Notes: generated by a model not told the origin, from the letters alone. Positions 40,681-50,648 are shown, counted from the first letter of the stretch. The stretch is DNA of 64,000 nt from an uncultured delta proteobacterium (GCA_963712115.1 CAVQGX010000019.1:25293-89292); one strand, 5' to 3'. Numbers and translations: made by a program.

Positions 40681-40723
40681 GCCTTTTTCACCAACTTTAA
40701 TATCAAAAAAATTCACTGCTTTG

Positions 40724-40750
40724 ATGGCGCCCACGGCGCCATTTCTATTT
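40724..40750 (+). terminator. Putative intrinsic terminator
   Basis: ATGGCGCC-CAC-GGCGCCAT followed by TTCTATTT. Confidence 0.55.
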
Positions 40751-40894
40751 CAATATCTCAAGCCGAGACCCAAATCCCCCTTTCATCCCATGTCACTCCC
40801 CCTCTAGTAAAGATGTTGGGCGGGATTTTGACGTTATGTAGTAGTGAAAGATAGAATTAAGCGAGCTAGTACTGGAAGGGATAGGGCTTTTCCT

Positions 40895-41188
40895 TTAACT
40901 GGTCACTAGTTTCAGCTGGCTGTTGGAAAGCTCACTTTTCTCAACCGTTGTCCAACCACCAAGTGGAATCTTGTCGTTTGGCTTTAGCATACGAAAGTGT
41001 ATATCTGCAGCGCCTGAAGGTACTGTGGCCCGATAGAAGTTCCCTTCCATTCCATCGTAACGATATATGTAGTAGTGGCCATCCCTGGTCAATTCACTCG
41101 CTTCACAAAGTGACATCCTGGGATTACGAACCATCTCCACTAAAGTAAAATCTCTATCTTCCATGACTAATTCCTTTGTCTCTATCAA
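40895..41188 (-). CDS. Hypothetical protein
   Basis: 97-aa ORF filling the intergenic space; no recognised motif; start uncertain. Confidence 0.55.
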   Translation of the reverse strand: MIETKELVMEDRDFTLVEMVRNPRMSLCEASELTRDGHYYIYRYDGMEGNFYRATVPSGAADIHFRMLKPNDKIPLGGWTTVEKSELSNSQLKLVTS

Positions 41189-41386
41189 AAATCCCGTCTC
41201 TCACCTCACTCCGCACCAGCTCTTTGCTCTTAGTGGTGACAGAATCGAACTTGTGGTTACCATTACTTACAATATCATATCCCCTTTAGCTTCATTGGCA
41301 TAGACTCTTATGCACTCGGTGTTAAGAATTGAAAAAGTGAGGACTGTTAACGGGGGCAGGTGTCTGGCTAAAAAGTCTCTGAGAGG

Positions 41387-42586
41387 TCATTCTATGGTCT
41401 GAGTCTGTCCGTATAGAAAACGCTGTAGCTTCTCTTTGTCTTCGCTGGAGGTATCAACAAAGACAATGCCAAGTTGTACTGTATTTTTCTCTCGACTCAC
41501 GTGGCGTACCAAGCCCTGAGTTTCGACTCTTCCATGGTGATTGGGGAGCTGTATTTCCAGCTGTAATCGGCAGCCTTCACGAAATGCTTCCATGGCTGGC
41601 CCCATGGCCACCAGCATCATACCGGAGAGGGAAATATCCGATGAAGTTGCATTATATTTATGGTTGATCATCTCCTCTGGCAAGCTCTCCGTGGGCCAAA
41701 CTCCAAAATTAACCAGTAGCCTCTCTTTTAGTCGAGGCTGCTGCCTCCGTTCCGCAATGTTTGCCTTTGCCCTTTTCTTGCGAGAGTCCTCAATCCTTTC
41801 ACTATAATAGTTCAGTAATACTACCTTAATCTGCGGATAGCGCATCATAAGCCTGTTCATGTTGTTATAGCTTATTTCGCCCAGCAGGGTTTCCTCCAAT
41901 GTTGCCACAGAGCCGGCCCGTGGTTTGCCGGTTAAAAGTGCCATTTCTCCGAAGAACTGGTATGGTTCTAGAGTTGCCAGTGGGAACTCTTTACCTTCGC
42001 GGTCCTTGGTGAACACCTTCACCCGGCCATGAAGAACGATGTAAATAGAGCGACCAGGGTCACCCTCCCGGAGGATTAACTGCCTAGCACTGAAAAAGTG
42101 CAGATTTGCAACATCTTCCAACCCCCTGAGTTCCTTTTTCCCCAGAGATCCAAAGATAGGGGTTGACAGGAGGGCTCCTTGCAAGCGCATAAACCCGGGA
42201 TTGTCTCGATTGGGATCTACAAAAGGAAACTGATAGTTAATTAACGACACAAACATCTGCATCGTCTCGGCGAGTTCTCTTGCTTTATCTGAAGCACCCT
42301 CTTCCATAAAAGTTAATGAAGATTCACCAATTTGAAAGATATCCCCTGGCTTCAACGTTTTAGAGACTACCCGCTCCCCGGCAAAAATTATTCCATTGGC
42401 GCTCCCGAGATCTTCAACGACCCAGGAACCTTTCTGAAAGCTGACTCTGGCGTGCGTACGGGAGACATTATAGTCCGCCAGGGCTATGTCATTTTCCGGA
42501 CTGCGGCCGATGCTAACAGAACCTTCGAGGGGATAGATACTTTTCTGCAATTTTTCCCTCTTCAGTCCCAGATAAAACCTTTGCAC
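41387..42586 (-). CDS. FHA - cyclic-nucleotide-binding - PilZ domain protein
   Basis: FHA: IGRSPENDI, VSRTHA, DLGSANG. cNMP: FFGEMALLTGKPRAGSV. PilZ: ERRQQPR, DISLSG. Confidence 0.87.
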   Translation of the reverse strand: MQRFYLGLKREKLQKSIYPLEGSVSIGRSPENDIALADYNVSRTHARVSFQKGSWVVEDLGSANGIIFAGERVVSKTLKPGDIFQIGESSLTFMEEGASDKARELAETMQMFVSLINYQFPFVDPNRDNPGFMRLQGALLSTPIFGSLGKKELRGLEDVANLHFFSARQLILREGDPGRSIYIVLHGRVKVFTKDREGKEFPLATLEPYQFFGEMALLTGKPRAGSVATLEETLLGEISYNNMNRLMMRYPQIKVVLLNYYSERIEDSRKKRAKANIAERRQQPRLKERLLVNFGVWPTESLPEEMINHKYNATSSDISLSGMMLVAMGPAMEAFREGCRLQLEIQLPNHHGRVETQGLVRHVSREKNTVQLGIVFVDTSSEDKEKLQRFLYGQTQTIE

Positions 42587-42850
42587 CCTCTCACTCCATT
42601 TTGCAAAGATTGGACAAATCAGAATGAAGCTTAGCTCACCTCGCACAAGAGAAGCGTGGTTCAGAAAAAAACCTCATCCTCGAAGCAGCTCTGCAAAATT
42701 TGGGCCCAGTCTTGAAGTAGATGCAAATAGTCTCACAATTACAAATATGGCGAGGGCTTAGGAAATGTGGCCACGGAGAATCTGAAAAAGGTTGTTGAAC
42801 GGGGGTAATCCTGTTACATTTCTTCGGTTAGATTTTAGACAGGAGCACAC

Positions 42851-43045
42851 ATGCCCGAAAAGAAGCATCACAGCAGAAAGCGCAAGCTCACCGTGACCTG
42901 GAAAAATCCTCTCATAGGTGCCGAGACTTCTAAGACCATGACTGGCTTGGACTATTTGCTAGCTATTGAGAGAGGTGATGAGAAGAGATTAACTGATTCG
43001 GAGGTTCTCTTTAATGCAGAACAAGAAAGTACTGATAGTGGATGA
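42851..43045 (+). pseudogene. Probable N-terminal remnant of a PaaI-family thioesterase
   Basis: AGGAG RBS. VTWKNPLIGAETSKTMTGLDYLLAIERG resembles PaaI N-termini, then similarity ends. Confidence 0.45.
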
Positions 43046-43418
43046 TGAGATGGACATGCGAATCTTCCTCTCCACCCTTTTAGAGACCAGTGGTTACAAA
43101 GCAATTATTGCCACCAATGGCGAAGAGGGTATTCAGAAGGCCCGCAAGCATAAACCGGCCGTTATCATCCTTGATGTATTGATGCCCAAATCCGGTGGTA
43201 TCCAGATGTACCGTGAGGTAAGAACGGATGAGAATTTAAAAACTACCCCGGTGATCATGATCTCGGCCATTGCCAAGAAAACCTTCTTCCACTCCATGAA
43301 GATGCTGAATAGTTACAGGGGCGAAACTGTTCCGGAGCCGGAGGGTTACATTGAGAAACCGCCGGAAAGTGATGAATTACTCGAAATCCTCGCCCGGATA
43401 CTTCATGAATCGCCGTAG
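43014..43418 (+). CDS. Single-domain response regulator receiver
   Basis: VLIVDDE, IILDVLMP, VIMISA, YIEKP. Confidence 0.92.
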   Translation: MQNKKVLIVDDEMDMRIFLSTLLETSGYKAIIATNGEEGIQKARKHKPAVIILDVLMPKSGGIQMYREVRTDENLKTTPVIMISAIAKKTFFHSMKMLNSYRGETVPEPEGYIEKPPESDELLEILARILHESP

Positions 43419-43446
43419 TGATCTTCCAAATTTCGCCAATCCAGGC

Positions 43447-43480
43447 AAAAAAAGTGGCGCCAATGGGCGCCACTTTTTTT
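43447..43480. terminator. Bidirectional intrinsic terminator
   Basis: AAAAAAAGTGGCGCC-AATG-GGCGCCACTTTTTTT between convergent genes. Confidence 0.85.
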
Positions 43481-43507
43481 AGGTCACTGGAGCTTCTGTG
43501 GAGAAAC

Positions 43508-43651
43508 TTAAAGTGGTCCTCTCTTCCCCTTGTGACGTATGTCTATCTCAACTATTCCGTCTTCTTGGTGAAATGAGTGTATTAGCCTTAAAATCAATAC
43601 CATGGTAAGAACAATGGCGATTACCAAGAATATACCTACTGCTGAGACCAT
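43508..43651 (-). CDS. 47-aa single-TM small protein, absent from the ORF track
   Basis: AGGAGG RBS. MVSAVGIFLVIAIVLTMVLILRLIHSFHQEDGIVEIDIRHKGKRGPL. Sigma-54 site upstream, terminator downstream. Confidence 0.72.
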   Translation of the reverse strand: MVSAVGIFLVIAIVLTMVLILRLIHSFHQEDGIVEIDIRHKGKRGPL

Positions 43652-43692
43652 CTCGCACCTCCTAAATAAACTCGATTCGTCCATCTGAGTTG

Positions 43693-43708
43693 TGCAGAAG
43701 TGATGCCA
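43693..43708 (-). promoter_or_regulatory. Putative sigma-54 promoter
   Basis: Minus strand TGGCATCACTTCTGCA fits GG-N10-GC. Confidence 0.6.
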
Positions 43709-43865
43709 ACAGATTATGAAGATTAAAAGTAATAAAATAACAAAGACTTATAGATCTATATCCCCTTTTCTTCTCTTGCCAAATCACCAAGTCTTGCCAG
43801 AAGACCAAATGTTACAGGCCAAAACAACAAACTTACTTTCTCTTTGCATTAGCCAGCCTGCTAGC

Positions 43866-44717
43866 CTACCACAGTCCCCATCTTGTTTTGGACCTTTTCA
43901 CTATGTTCACAAGTTTGTTTGCACCTTCCGGGGACAATCCGAGATTGCCCACTTGTGCCTCAATTTCATCCAAATTCCCATAGCCGTCCAGGTAGCCGTT
44001 TACCCTTGCTGCTGCAGTGGAATTCACCAAATCCTCCATTTTCGGATAGATGGTTTTGAACTCTTGCAAAAGATCACGCTGCTGCTGCAAGCGATACTTC
44101 TGATGATAATCCTCGGCCAGGTAAAAGGCATTAAAAGGAATGACCTCAGTGTGGACTTTACCCTCTAGGATAACGGCAACCTGATCCTTGCTCTTCAAAG
44201 CCAGCCTTTTCTGTTCTTCATTGTGGTAAAAGACCGCCGCTTTGTATTGGTTCGACCAAGGACTTCTCCCCGGCTTGTGGCTCTGCCAGAAAATATCCAA
44301 AAGCAGCTCATATGAGATCTTCGCAGGGTTGTAGTCAATCTGGATCGTCTCGGTGTGGTCTGCCAGGTTGTAATAGGTGGGATCCTTTGTTGTTCCTCCT
44401 GAGTAGCCAACCCTGGTCCGAACAACGCCATCAATGCTCCCGAACTGAGCATCCGGACCCCAAAATCAGCCCAAGGCAAAAGTCGCTGTCTCGACTTTTG
44501 CCGGTAGATTAAGGTCCACTGGTGGTTGGCTAACATGGCTCACTGAACTTTGTTTTACTACTTCCATCTTATTCCCCTCATTTCCTTGGTAGTCCCCGTG
44601 AAAACTATCGCACGAAGTCAACAAGATGATGTTTGCCAGGAAAATCAGCCTGAAAATCAAACCGGTTTTCCACTGGGAACCCAAGCTGTGCCAATTTAGT
44701 AAAGAAAAATTATGCAT
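43866..44717 (-). CDS. msrA: Selenocysteine-containing peptide methionine sulfoxide reductase MsrA (start uncertain)
   Basis: ORFs 44466-44729 and 43866-44300 join in frame across TGA 44468-44466: ATFALG-U-FWGPDAQFG..RTRVGYSGG..PTY..DHTE..FYLAEDYHQKY. Hairpin GATGCTC-AGTTCGG-GAGCATT 12 nt after TGA. Confidence 0.92.
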
Positions 44718-44892
44718 AATTTTCAACAAAGTCTGCGGAATGCAGAACTGTTTAAATCACCTCGATCTGTGCTTGGATCAGTCTGTTGAGATTCTCGGCA
44801 CTGGTTGAGGTCGAGTGTTAGTCGGCGGAGCCAAAAAAGAATTACATTCCTGCAACCAATAATTTGTCCCAAAGATTCTATCCTTTTGTTTT

Positions 44893-45039
44893 TTAAAATA
44901 ATTTCTTCAGCAAAACCTTTGTCACCTTGCCCAAGAAATTACGGGGAAGGTCATCCACAATAACAACGCGAGTAGGGACTTTATAGGGTGCGAGTCTCGC
45001 TTTGCCCCAGGTTCTAAGCTCTTCAAGGGTAAGATCTTC
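44893..45039 (-). pseudogene. C-terminal remnant of an AMP-dependent acyl-CoA synthetase
   Basis: EDLTLEELRTWGKARLAPYKVPTRVVIVDDLPRNFLGKVTKVLLKKLF*, with no start and an in-frame stop directly upstream. Confidence 0.7.
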
Positions 45040-45059
45040 TCAGACAATGCCATAGACCT

Positions 45060-45464
45060 TTATTTTGTTTCAGCAGGAACGAACTTGAGTGCCAGAGAAT
45101 TGATACAATACCGCAGATTAGTGGGAGGTGGGCCATCAGTGAAAACATGGCCAAGATGTGCATCACATCTCTTGCACAACACTTCGATCCTTCTCTTGAA
45201 AAGGCTGTTGTCCGGCTCGGTTCTAATGCTTCTCTCCGAAATCACCTCCCAGAAGCTGGGCCAACCCGTGCCGGAGTCAAATTTACTTTTCGAACTGAAG
45301 AGCTCATTGTCGCAGCATACACACTGATATACACCTTCACCTTTAAAAGCATGGTACTCACCACTAAATGGTGGTTCAGTTCCTTTTTTCCTGGTGATCT
45401 TGAACTGCTCCGGTGTAAGTATCCGGGCCCATTCTTTCTCTTTTTTTACCACTTTTTCGCTCAC
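45060..45464 (-). CDS. msrB: Peptide methionine-(R)-sulfoxide reductase MsrB (Cys form)
   Basis: GTEPPF, KFDSGTGWPSF, HLGHVF.DGP, RYCINS. Confidence 0.96.
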   Translation of the reverse strand: MSEKVVKKEKEWARILTPEQFKITRKKGTEPPFSGEYHAFKGEGVYQCVCCDNELFSSKSKFDSGTGWPSFWEVISERSIRTEPDNSLFKRRIEVLCKRCDAHLGHVFTDGPPPTNLRYCINSLALKFVPAETK

Positions 45465-45754
45465 ATCTAACTCCTTTGTCTTTGCGGACTCCGAGGAGTA
45501 ATTTTCAACCTGGAAAGGGCGAAATTTGATCTACAGAATTTAATGATAACCATTACTTTCGCAGGTGTCTAAGAGGTGGGTTTGTTTTCTGCAGCTCCAG
45601 CCAAAGCTCTTATTTGTTGGAATATAAGGACGCATGAATTATAAACATTACTGAGCTCAATTAAGGTTCTTCGGTTTTTTTAAGGTAAGCCCGGAGAGGA
45701 CTAGTAAGGGTTCGCTACGAAAATTCATAAAATAGCCGGGTTAAAGGTGTCAGT

Positions 45755-47053
45755 GTGAAAACGAACAGTTCGATCACCAGCAGAAAAGTCGTCTCATGGG
45801 CCCTTTATGACTGGGCCAACTCCGCCTTTGCCACTACGATCATGGCAGGTTTTTTCCCGTTGTTCTTCAAAAAATACTGGAATGTCGACGTGGAGGTCAC
45901 TACCAGTACCTTTCGTTTGGGCTTGGCAAATTCCATAGCCAGCATCATCGTGGTGGCCCTGGCACCGTTTCTTGGTGCAATAGGTGACCAGGGAGGGGCT
46001 CGGAAAAAGTTCCTCCTCTTTTTTGCCACCATGGGTGTAATTATGACGGGCAGTCTGTTCTTTGTCGCTCAGGGAGCCTGGCAAATTGCGGTGCTCATCT
46101 TCGTTCTGGGAGTCATAGGTTTTTCGGGGGGTAACATTTTTTATGACTCTCTCCTGGTAAGTGTCTCTCCCGCTGGCAAAGAAGACATGGTATCGGCCTT
46201 TGGCTTTGCCTTGGGCTATCTTGGAGGCGGGCTGCTCTTCGCACTCAACGTTTTCATGACTCTTAAGCCTGAACTTTTTGGCCTGCCTGACGCCAGCGCA
46301 GCGGTGCGGGTCTCTTTTCTAAGCGTTGCCGCTTGGTGGGCTCTTTTCTCTTTGCCCGTTGCCATCTGGGTGAAAGAGCCGCCTGTGGAACAGAAAAAAG
46401 ACGGTTGGGCAATGGTAACTAGCGGTTTTCAACAGCTCAAAACCACCTTTGCAGAAATCCGTAAACTTCGGATGGTTTTCCTTTTTCTTTTGGCCTACTG
46501 GCTTTATATAGACGGGGTCGACACTATAGTAAGGATGGCGGTGGACTACGGCATGTCCCTGGGCTTTGCCGAAAATAGCCTAATTGTTGCCTTGCTCATT
46601 GTTCAGTTCGTCGGCTTTCCGGCCGCCATCCTCTATGGCAAACTCGGTGAGAAACTTGGCACTAAAAGGTCAATTCTTTTGGGCATTGCAGTCTACATTG
46701 GGGTCACGGTTTGGGCTAGGTTCATGGACAGCAGCGGTGAGTTTTACGTCCTTGCGGTTGCCATCGGCTTGGTACAGGGTGGCGTGCAAGCATTGAGCCG
46801 CTCCTTTTACTCTCGCCTCATCCCCGCCAATAGGGCGGCAGAATTCTTTGGTTTTTATAATATGCTAGGAAAGTTCGCCGCTGTGATCGGACCCATACTG
46901 ATGGGTTTAGTTGGAGTACTCACAGGCAATCCCCGCCATGCAATTCTCTCCATAGTAGTTCTGTTCTTGGCGGGAGGCATAATTCTCTACTTCGTAGACG
47001 AAAAGGAAGGTGCGCGCATAGCCCAGGAGTTGGAGGCCAAAGGGCTGAAATAG
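45755..47053 (+). CDS. MFS transporter (UMF1/Atg22-like)
   Basis: SWALYDWANSAF, GYLGG, QALSRS, EFFGFY. Confidence 0.88.
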   Translation: MKTNSSITSRKVVSWALYDWANSAFATTIMAGFFPLFFKKYWNVDVEVTTSTFRLGLANSIASIIVVALAPFLGAIGDQGGARKKFLLFFATMGVIMTGSLFFVAQGAWQIAVLIFVLGVIGFSGGNIFYDSLLVSVSPAGKEDMVSAFGFALGYLGGGLLFALNVFMTLKPELFGLPDASAAVRVSFLSVAAWWALFSLPVAIWVKEPPVEQKKDGWAMVTSGFQQLKTTFAEIRKLRMVFLFLLAYWLYIDGVDTIVRMAVDYGMSLGFAENSLIVALLIVQFVGFPAAILYGKLGEKLGTKRSILLGIAVYIGVTVWARFMDSSGEFYVLAVAIGLVQGGVQALSRSFYSRLIPANRAAEFFGFYNMLGKFAAVIGPILMGLVGVLTGNPRHAILSIVVLFLAGGIILYFVDEKEGARIAQELEAKGLK

Positions 47054-47133
47054 AAAGGGAAATAAGCAAAGCAAACATTTTTTCTCAGCCATCAGAACAA
47101 ACGCTATGCGCTATGCCCTTTGCGCTCTGCTTC

Positions 47134-47643
47134 TCACACCTTGAACCCGCCTACGGGATAAACCTCAAATTCGTGCTCCACGATTTTTTTTATCATCTCA
47201 AAAAAATCAATACCCACAGGATCAATTAACCTTATCTTGTTGTCAGCGCCGGGCCAGGCTGAAGGAACACACACACCCTCACTTTTGTCGATTAGGTTTT
47301 CTTGGGCAAGAAAATACAGACCTAACTCGTATTCGAAAAGAGAGACCTTTACCAGGAATCGTTCGTCGGCCGAGACAAAGGAAAAAAGCTCCCCCCTGTA
47401 CATATTGGTAAAATCAACGCTTTTTGGCTCCAATAAGTAGAAAAGGCGATAAATACCTCTGGGGGTGTCCTCTGCCTTGTAGCTGCCGCAGTCGTGGTAA
47501 TTTTTCTCCTTATTCGAGCTCATGAGTTTAACGCACTTTTTGAATTCCTCTTGTACGGTCTCAGCGTCTTGCTTTTCCCAATGCTCGTCCCAATCAAAAT
47601 CTGGAGACAGCATCTCCTGCACCTTTTTAATTTTTTTCTTCAT
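47134..47643 (-). CDS. Hypothetical protein
   Basis: 169-aa ORF co-oriented with upstream genes; no motif recognised. Confidence 0.65.
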   Translation of the reverse strand: MKKKIKKVQEMLSPDFDWDEHWEKQDAETVQEEFKKCVKLMSSNKEKNYHDCGSYKAEDTPRGIYRLFYLLEPKSVDFTNMYRGELFSFVSADERFLVKVSLFEYELGLYFLAQENLIDKSEGVCVPSAWPGADNKIRLIDPVGIDFFEMIKKIVEHEFEVYPVGGFKV

Positions 47644-47678
47644 TTGCTTGTACCCTTGTGCAAGCTCTTCACTTGCCC

Positions 47679-48422
47679 CTACTGCATCCTCCGGATTCGC
47701 ACCTCCACCTCACCCACACCCTGCAGCAACTCTACCAGCCGGCTGGTGTCCGTCTCACCATAATGGTAGGGATAAAGAATTGCCGGCTTAAAAGCCTTGG
47801 CAGCGTCGGCCACCATCTCCGGTGTCATGGTGTAGGGCAGATTCATGGGAAGAAAGGCGACGTCGATATTTTTCAGCTTCTTCATTTCCGGGACGTTTTC
47901 GGTGTCTCCTGCCACATAAACCCTTTTATTACCAAAGGTGATTACGTAGCCATTTCCCACACCCTTTGGGTGAAAGGGAACTCCCGGGCTGCGCATGTGC
48001 ACCAGGTTATAGGCTGGAACTGCCTCGATCTCTAGACCTCGTACATTTGTTACCTGCCCGTTCTTCATAACCACACCGCCACTTATCTTACTGGCGCACA
48101 CCTCAGTCAATACTATGGATGTTTTCTCAGTGCGAATCAGCTCGATCGCCTGTGGATCAAGGTGATCGCCGTGTTCGTGAGTTACGAGGATGAGGTCGGC
48201 TTTCGGCATCTTGCCATAATCAGCCTCCCTGCTGACCGGATCCACATGGATCACTTTTCCTCCAAAGGAAAACATTAAGGTCCCATGGCCTATGAAGGTG
48301 ATCTGCAGCGGTCCTCGGACTGTTTCGATAATATCCGTGTCAAACTCGGCCTCACCTCGAGCTGGAATTGGAGCGAGGAAAAGGATAAGCAAGAAAATGA
48401 CGACGAATGCTGATCTTCTCAT
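47679..48422 (-). CDS. Secreted metallo-beta-lactamase-fold hydrolase
   Basis: Signal peptide MRRSAFVVIFLLILFLAPIPARG; THEHGDH, YVAGDT, YPYHY. Confidence 0.88.
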   Translation of the reverse strand: MRRSAFVVIFLLILFLAPIPARGEAEFDTDIIETVRGPLQITFIGHGTLMFSFGGKVIHVDPVSREADYGKMPKADLILVTHEHGDHLDPQAIELIRTEKTSIVLTEVCASKISGGVVMKNGQVTNVRGLEIEAVPAYNLVHMRSPGVPFHPKGVGNGYVITFGNKRVYVAGDTENVPEMKKLKNIDVAFLPMNLPYTMTPEMVADAAKAFKPAILYPYHYGETDTSRLVELLQGVGEVEVRIRRMQ

Positions 48423-48589
48423 AGCCCACACCCTTGTCCCTCTGCTGAGGGAACGGCTTTCCCTCCGGGCCGGAGGCCAGCCGCCATTTAAAAAATTTAT
48501 CTTAGGCCTACCAGATAGAGTGGCCACAAATAAGGCCAGTCTCAGCAAAGCAGTTGTGCTCAAGAAACTAATTACCGGGACTATTTATA

Positions 48590-49735
48590 TCAAGGGCTGA
48601 CCGAATCTTTCACCCGGATCATTTGCACCGCTACCAGAGAAATCACGCTCATACCAGCTCCCGCCACAAATGGAATCCGGTAGTCCACCATCCACAGTAT
48701 GCCGCCGACTGCTGGTAAAAAAACTGCGGCAATGTGGTTTATGGTGAATCCCACCGCCATGCTAGGTGCTATGTCCTGGGGATCTCCCACTTTCTGGAAG
48801 TAGGTTCGTATAGCGATGGCGAAATTAAAGAAGATGTGGTCCAAAATGTAAAGTATGGCAAGGACGATTTTGGACTGCACTAAGGCGTAGGCCAGGAAAA
48901 TAAATATGAGGCTACTGTACTCGAGAGAGAGTACTTTCCTCTCGCCGAAGCGGATAATACTTTTGCCGATCAGGGGACTCAAAAAATAGTTGATCACATT
49001 GTTGATCACAAAAAGAGCGGTAACCTCCTGAATGCTGTATTGGAACTTCTTGACCATGAGGAAAACAGCAAAGGCTATAAAAATTTGGCGCCGCGCTCCC
49101 CCCATAAAAGTGAGAAAATAAAAAAGCCAGTACTTCTTCCGGAAAATCATCTTTTTGTGTTGAGGAGGAACATCCCGGTCTACCGGATCCTGCCGCAGGC
49201 CCCAGATACCAGCAGCAAAAATGAGGCTTCCGAGGAGAATATACATTTGAGTGTAATTCAACAATGAGGTCAAGACATAGATCAAAATACCTACGGCGAT
49301 ATTAGAAGCAGCACTATAGCTCCGCATTTTTCCCAGTACCCAGGGAGACGTATTCTTATCGAAATATTGGAGGGTCAAGGACTGATTCGTCGTCTCATAG
49401 TAGTGGAAACCAATGCTCATAATCAGCGTGGTAACTAGTAGACCCAGAAAGGAAGGAAACAGACCAGTTACTGAAACCCCTAATCCCAAAACCAGAATTG
49501 ACAGTGCCGAGAGACGGTGCTCCCTGATGACAAAGAGCGCAAAGATTACCAGGAGCGTGAGGAGTCCAGGGACTTCACGTATAGACTGGATAATTCCTAT
49601 GTGACTGCCGTCCAGACCAGCAACCTCCACCGAGAAATTGTTGAACAAAGTTCGCCATGCTTGCAGCCCTACGGTTGAGCTGATGGTGAGAACCATAAGA
49701 AAACGATACATGGGTTGCCGTTTTGCTTCTTTCAT
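48590..49735 (-). CDS. MFS-like transporter
   Basis: Multi-TM; SIREVPG, GARRQIF, INHIAAV. Confidence 0.85.
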   Translation of the reverse strand: MKEAKRQPMYRFLMVLTISSTVGLQAWRTLFNNFSVEVAGLDGSHIGIIQSIREVPGLLTLLVIFALFVIREHRLSALSILVLGLGVSVTGLFPSFLGLLVTTLIMSIGFHYYETTNQSLTLQYFDKNTSPWVLGKMRSYSAASNIAVGILIYVLTSLLNYTQMYILLGSLIFAAGIWGLRQDPVDRDVPPQHKKMIFRKKYWLFYFLTFMGGARRQIFIAFAVFLMVKKFQYSIQEVTALFVINNVINYFLSPLIGKSIIRFGERKVLSLEYSSLIFIFLAYALVQSKIVLAILYILDHIFFNFAIAIRTYFQKVGDPQDIAPSMAVGFTINHIAAVFLPAVGGILWMVDYRIPFVAGAGMSVISLVAVQMIRVKDSVSP

Positions 49736-49964
49736 CTTTTCTTTTCCAGACCAGATAGAGCAGCTATTTCTTCAAACTCTGCTTCCACAAGATCGAGGTT
49801 TAGATCTACCGGTGACCTCAGAGTATTTCTGAAATCAAAGGACAAATAAAGGATTCATCTGGTATTGAATGGCAAGAAATGTCAAGAGGAAAGATTTTCA
49901 GGGTGATAGGGGGGACGGTGAAGACATCCCCCCTTTTAAATCTGGCAAAAGGAATGCGGCCTAA

Positions 49965-50648
49965 TTAAAGCTCCAGGAATTCACCCGGCTTGAGCACGGT
50001 CACCTGGGCCGAGGTCTCTTTCTCCACTTGACTTCTCCAGGCTGCAGGATCCTGTTTGATCATGTCAAAGGTGTCATAGTGGATGGGAAGCACCTTTTTG
50101 GGTTCGATAAGCTTCACTGCCCTGAGGCCATCTTCCGGTCCCATGGTGAAATTATCTCCGATGGGCAATATGGCCAGGTCTATTCCCTCTTCACCGATGA
50201 GCTTCATGTCATAAAAAAGACCAGTATCACAGGCGTGATAAATCTTCTTGCCTTGGATGTAGAAAAGAAAACCGCAAGGATTGCCGCCGTACGAACCATC
50301 TGGAAGTGCCGAGCCGTGCTGGGCAATTGTCAGTTTGACTCGCCCCCACGGATAGTCGAATCCGCCCCCGATGTGCTGTGGGTGAGCCTTTTCGACCCCC
50401 TGGTTCACCAGCCAGTTGTGAATTTCAAAGTTGGAAATCACCGTGGCCCCGGTCCGCTTGGCAATGTCCACCGTATCTCCCACATGATCACCGTGTCCAT
50501 GGGAAACAAAAATATAGTCTGCCGGGATTTCCTCAGGTTTGACTGGGGCCAAAGGATTACCGCTGATGAAAGGATCAACCAGCAAATTAGTCCCTTTTGC
50601 TTCAATCAAAACACAGGCGTGGCTGTACCATGTTACTTTAACGCTCAT
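49965..50648 (-). CDS. UPF0173-type metal-dependent hydrolase (MBL fold)
   Basis: VDPFISGNP, SHGHGDH, LPIGDNFTMG, PIHYDTF. Confidence 0.9.
   Translation of the reverse strand: MSVKVTWYSHACVLIEAKGTNLLVDPFISGNPLAPVKPEEIPADYIFVSHGHGDHVGDTVDIAKRTGATVISNFEIHNWLVNQGVEKAHPQHIGGGFDYPWGRVKLTIAQHGSALPDGSYGGNPCGFLFYIQGKKIYHACDTGLFYDMKLIGEEGIDLAILPIGDNFTMGPEDGLRAVKLIEPKKVLPIHYDTFDMIKQDPAAWRSQVEKETSAQVTVLKPGEFLEL

Noticed and set aside
45060-45464. MsrB as a selenoprotein
   Set aside because: The catalytic residue is Cys (RYCINS); there is no internal TGA.
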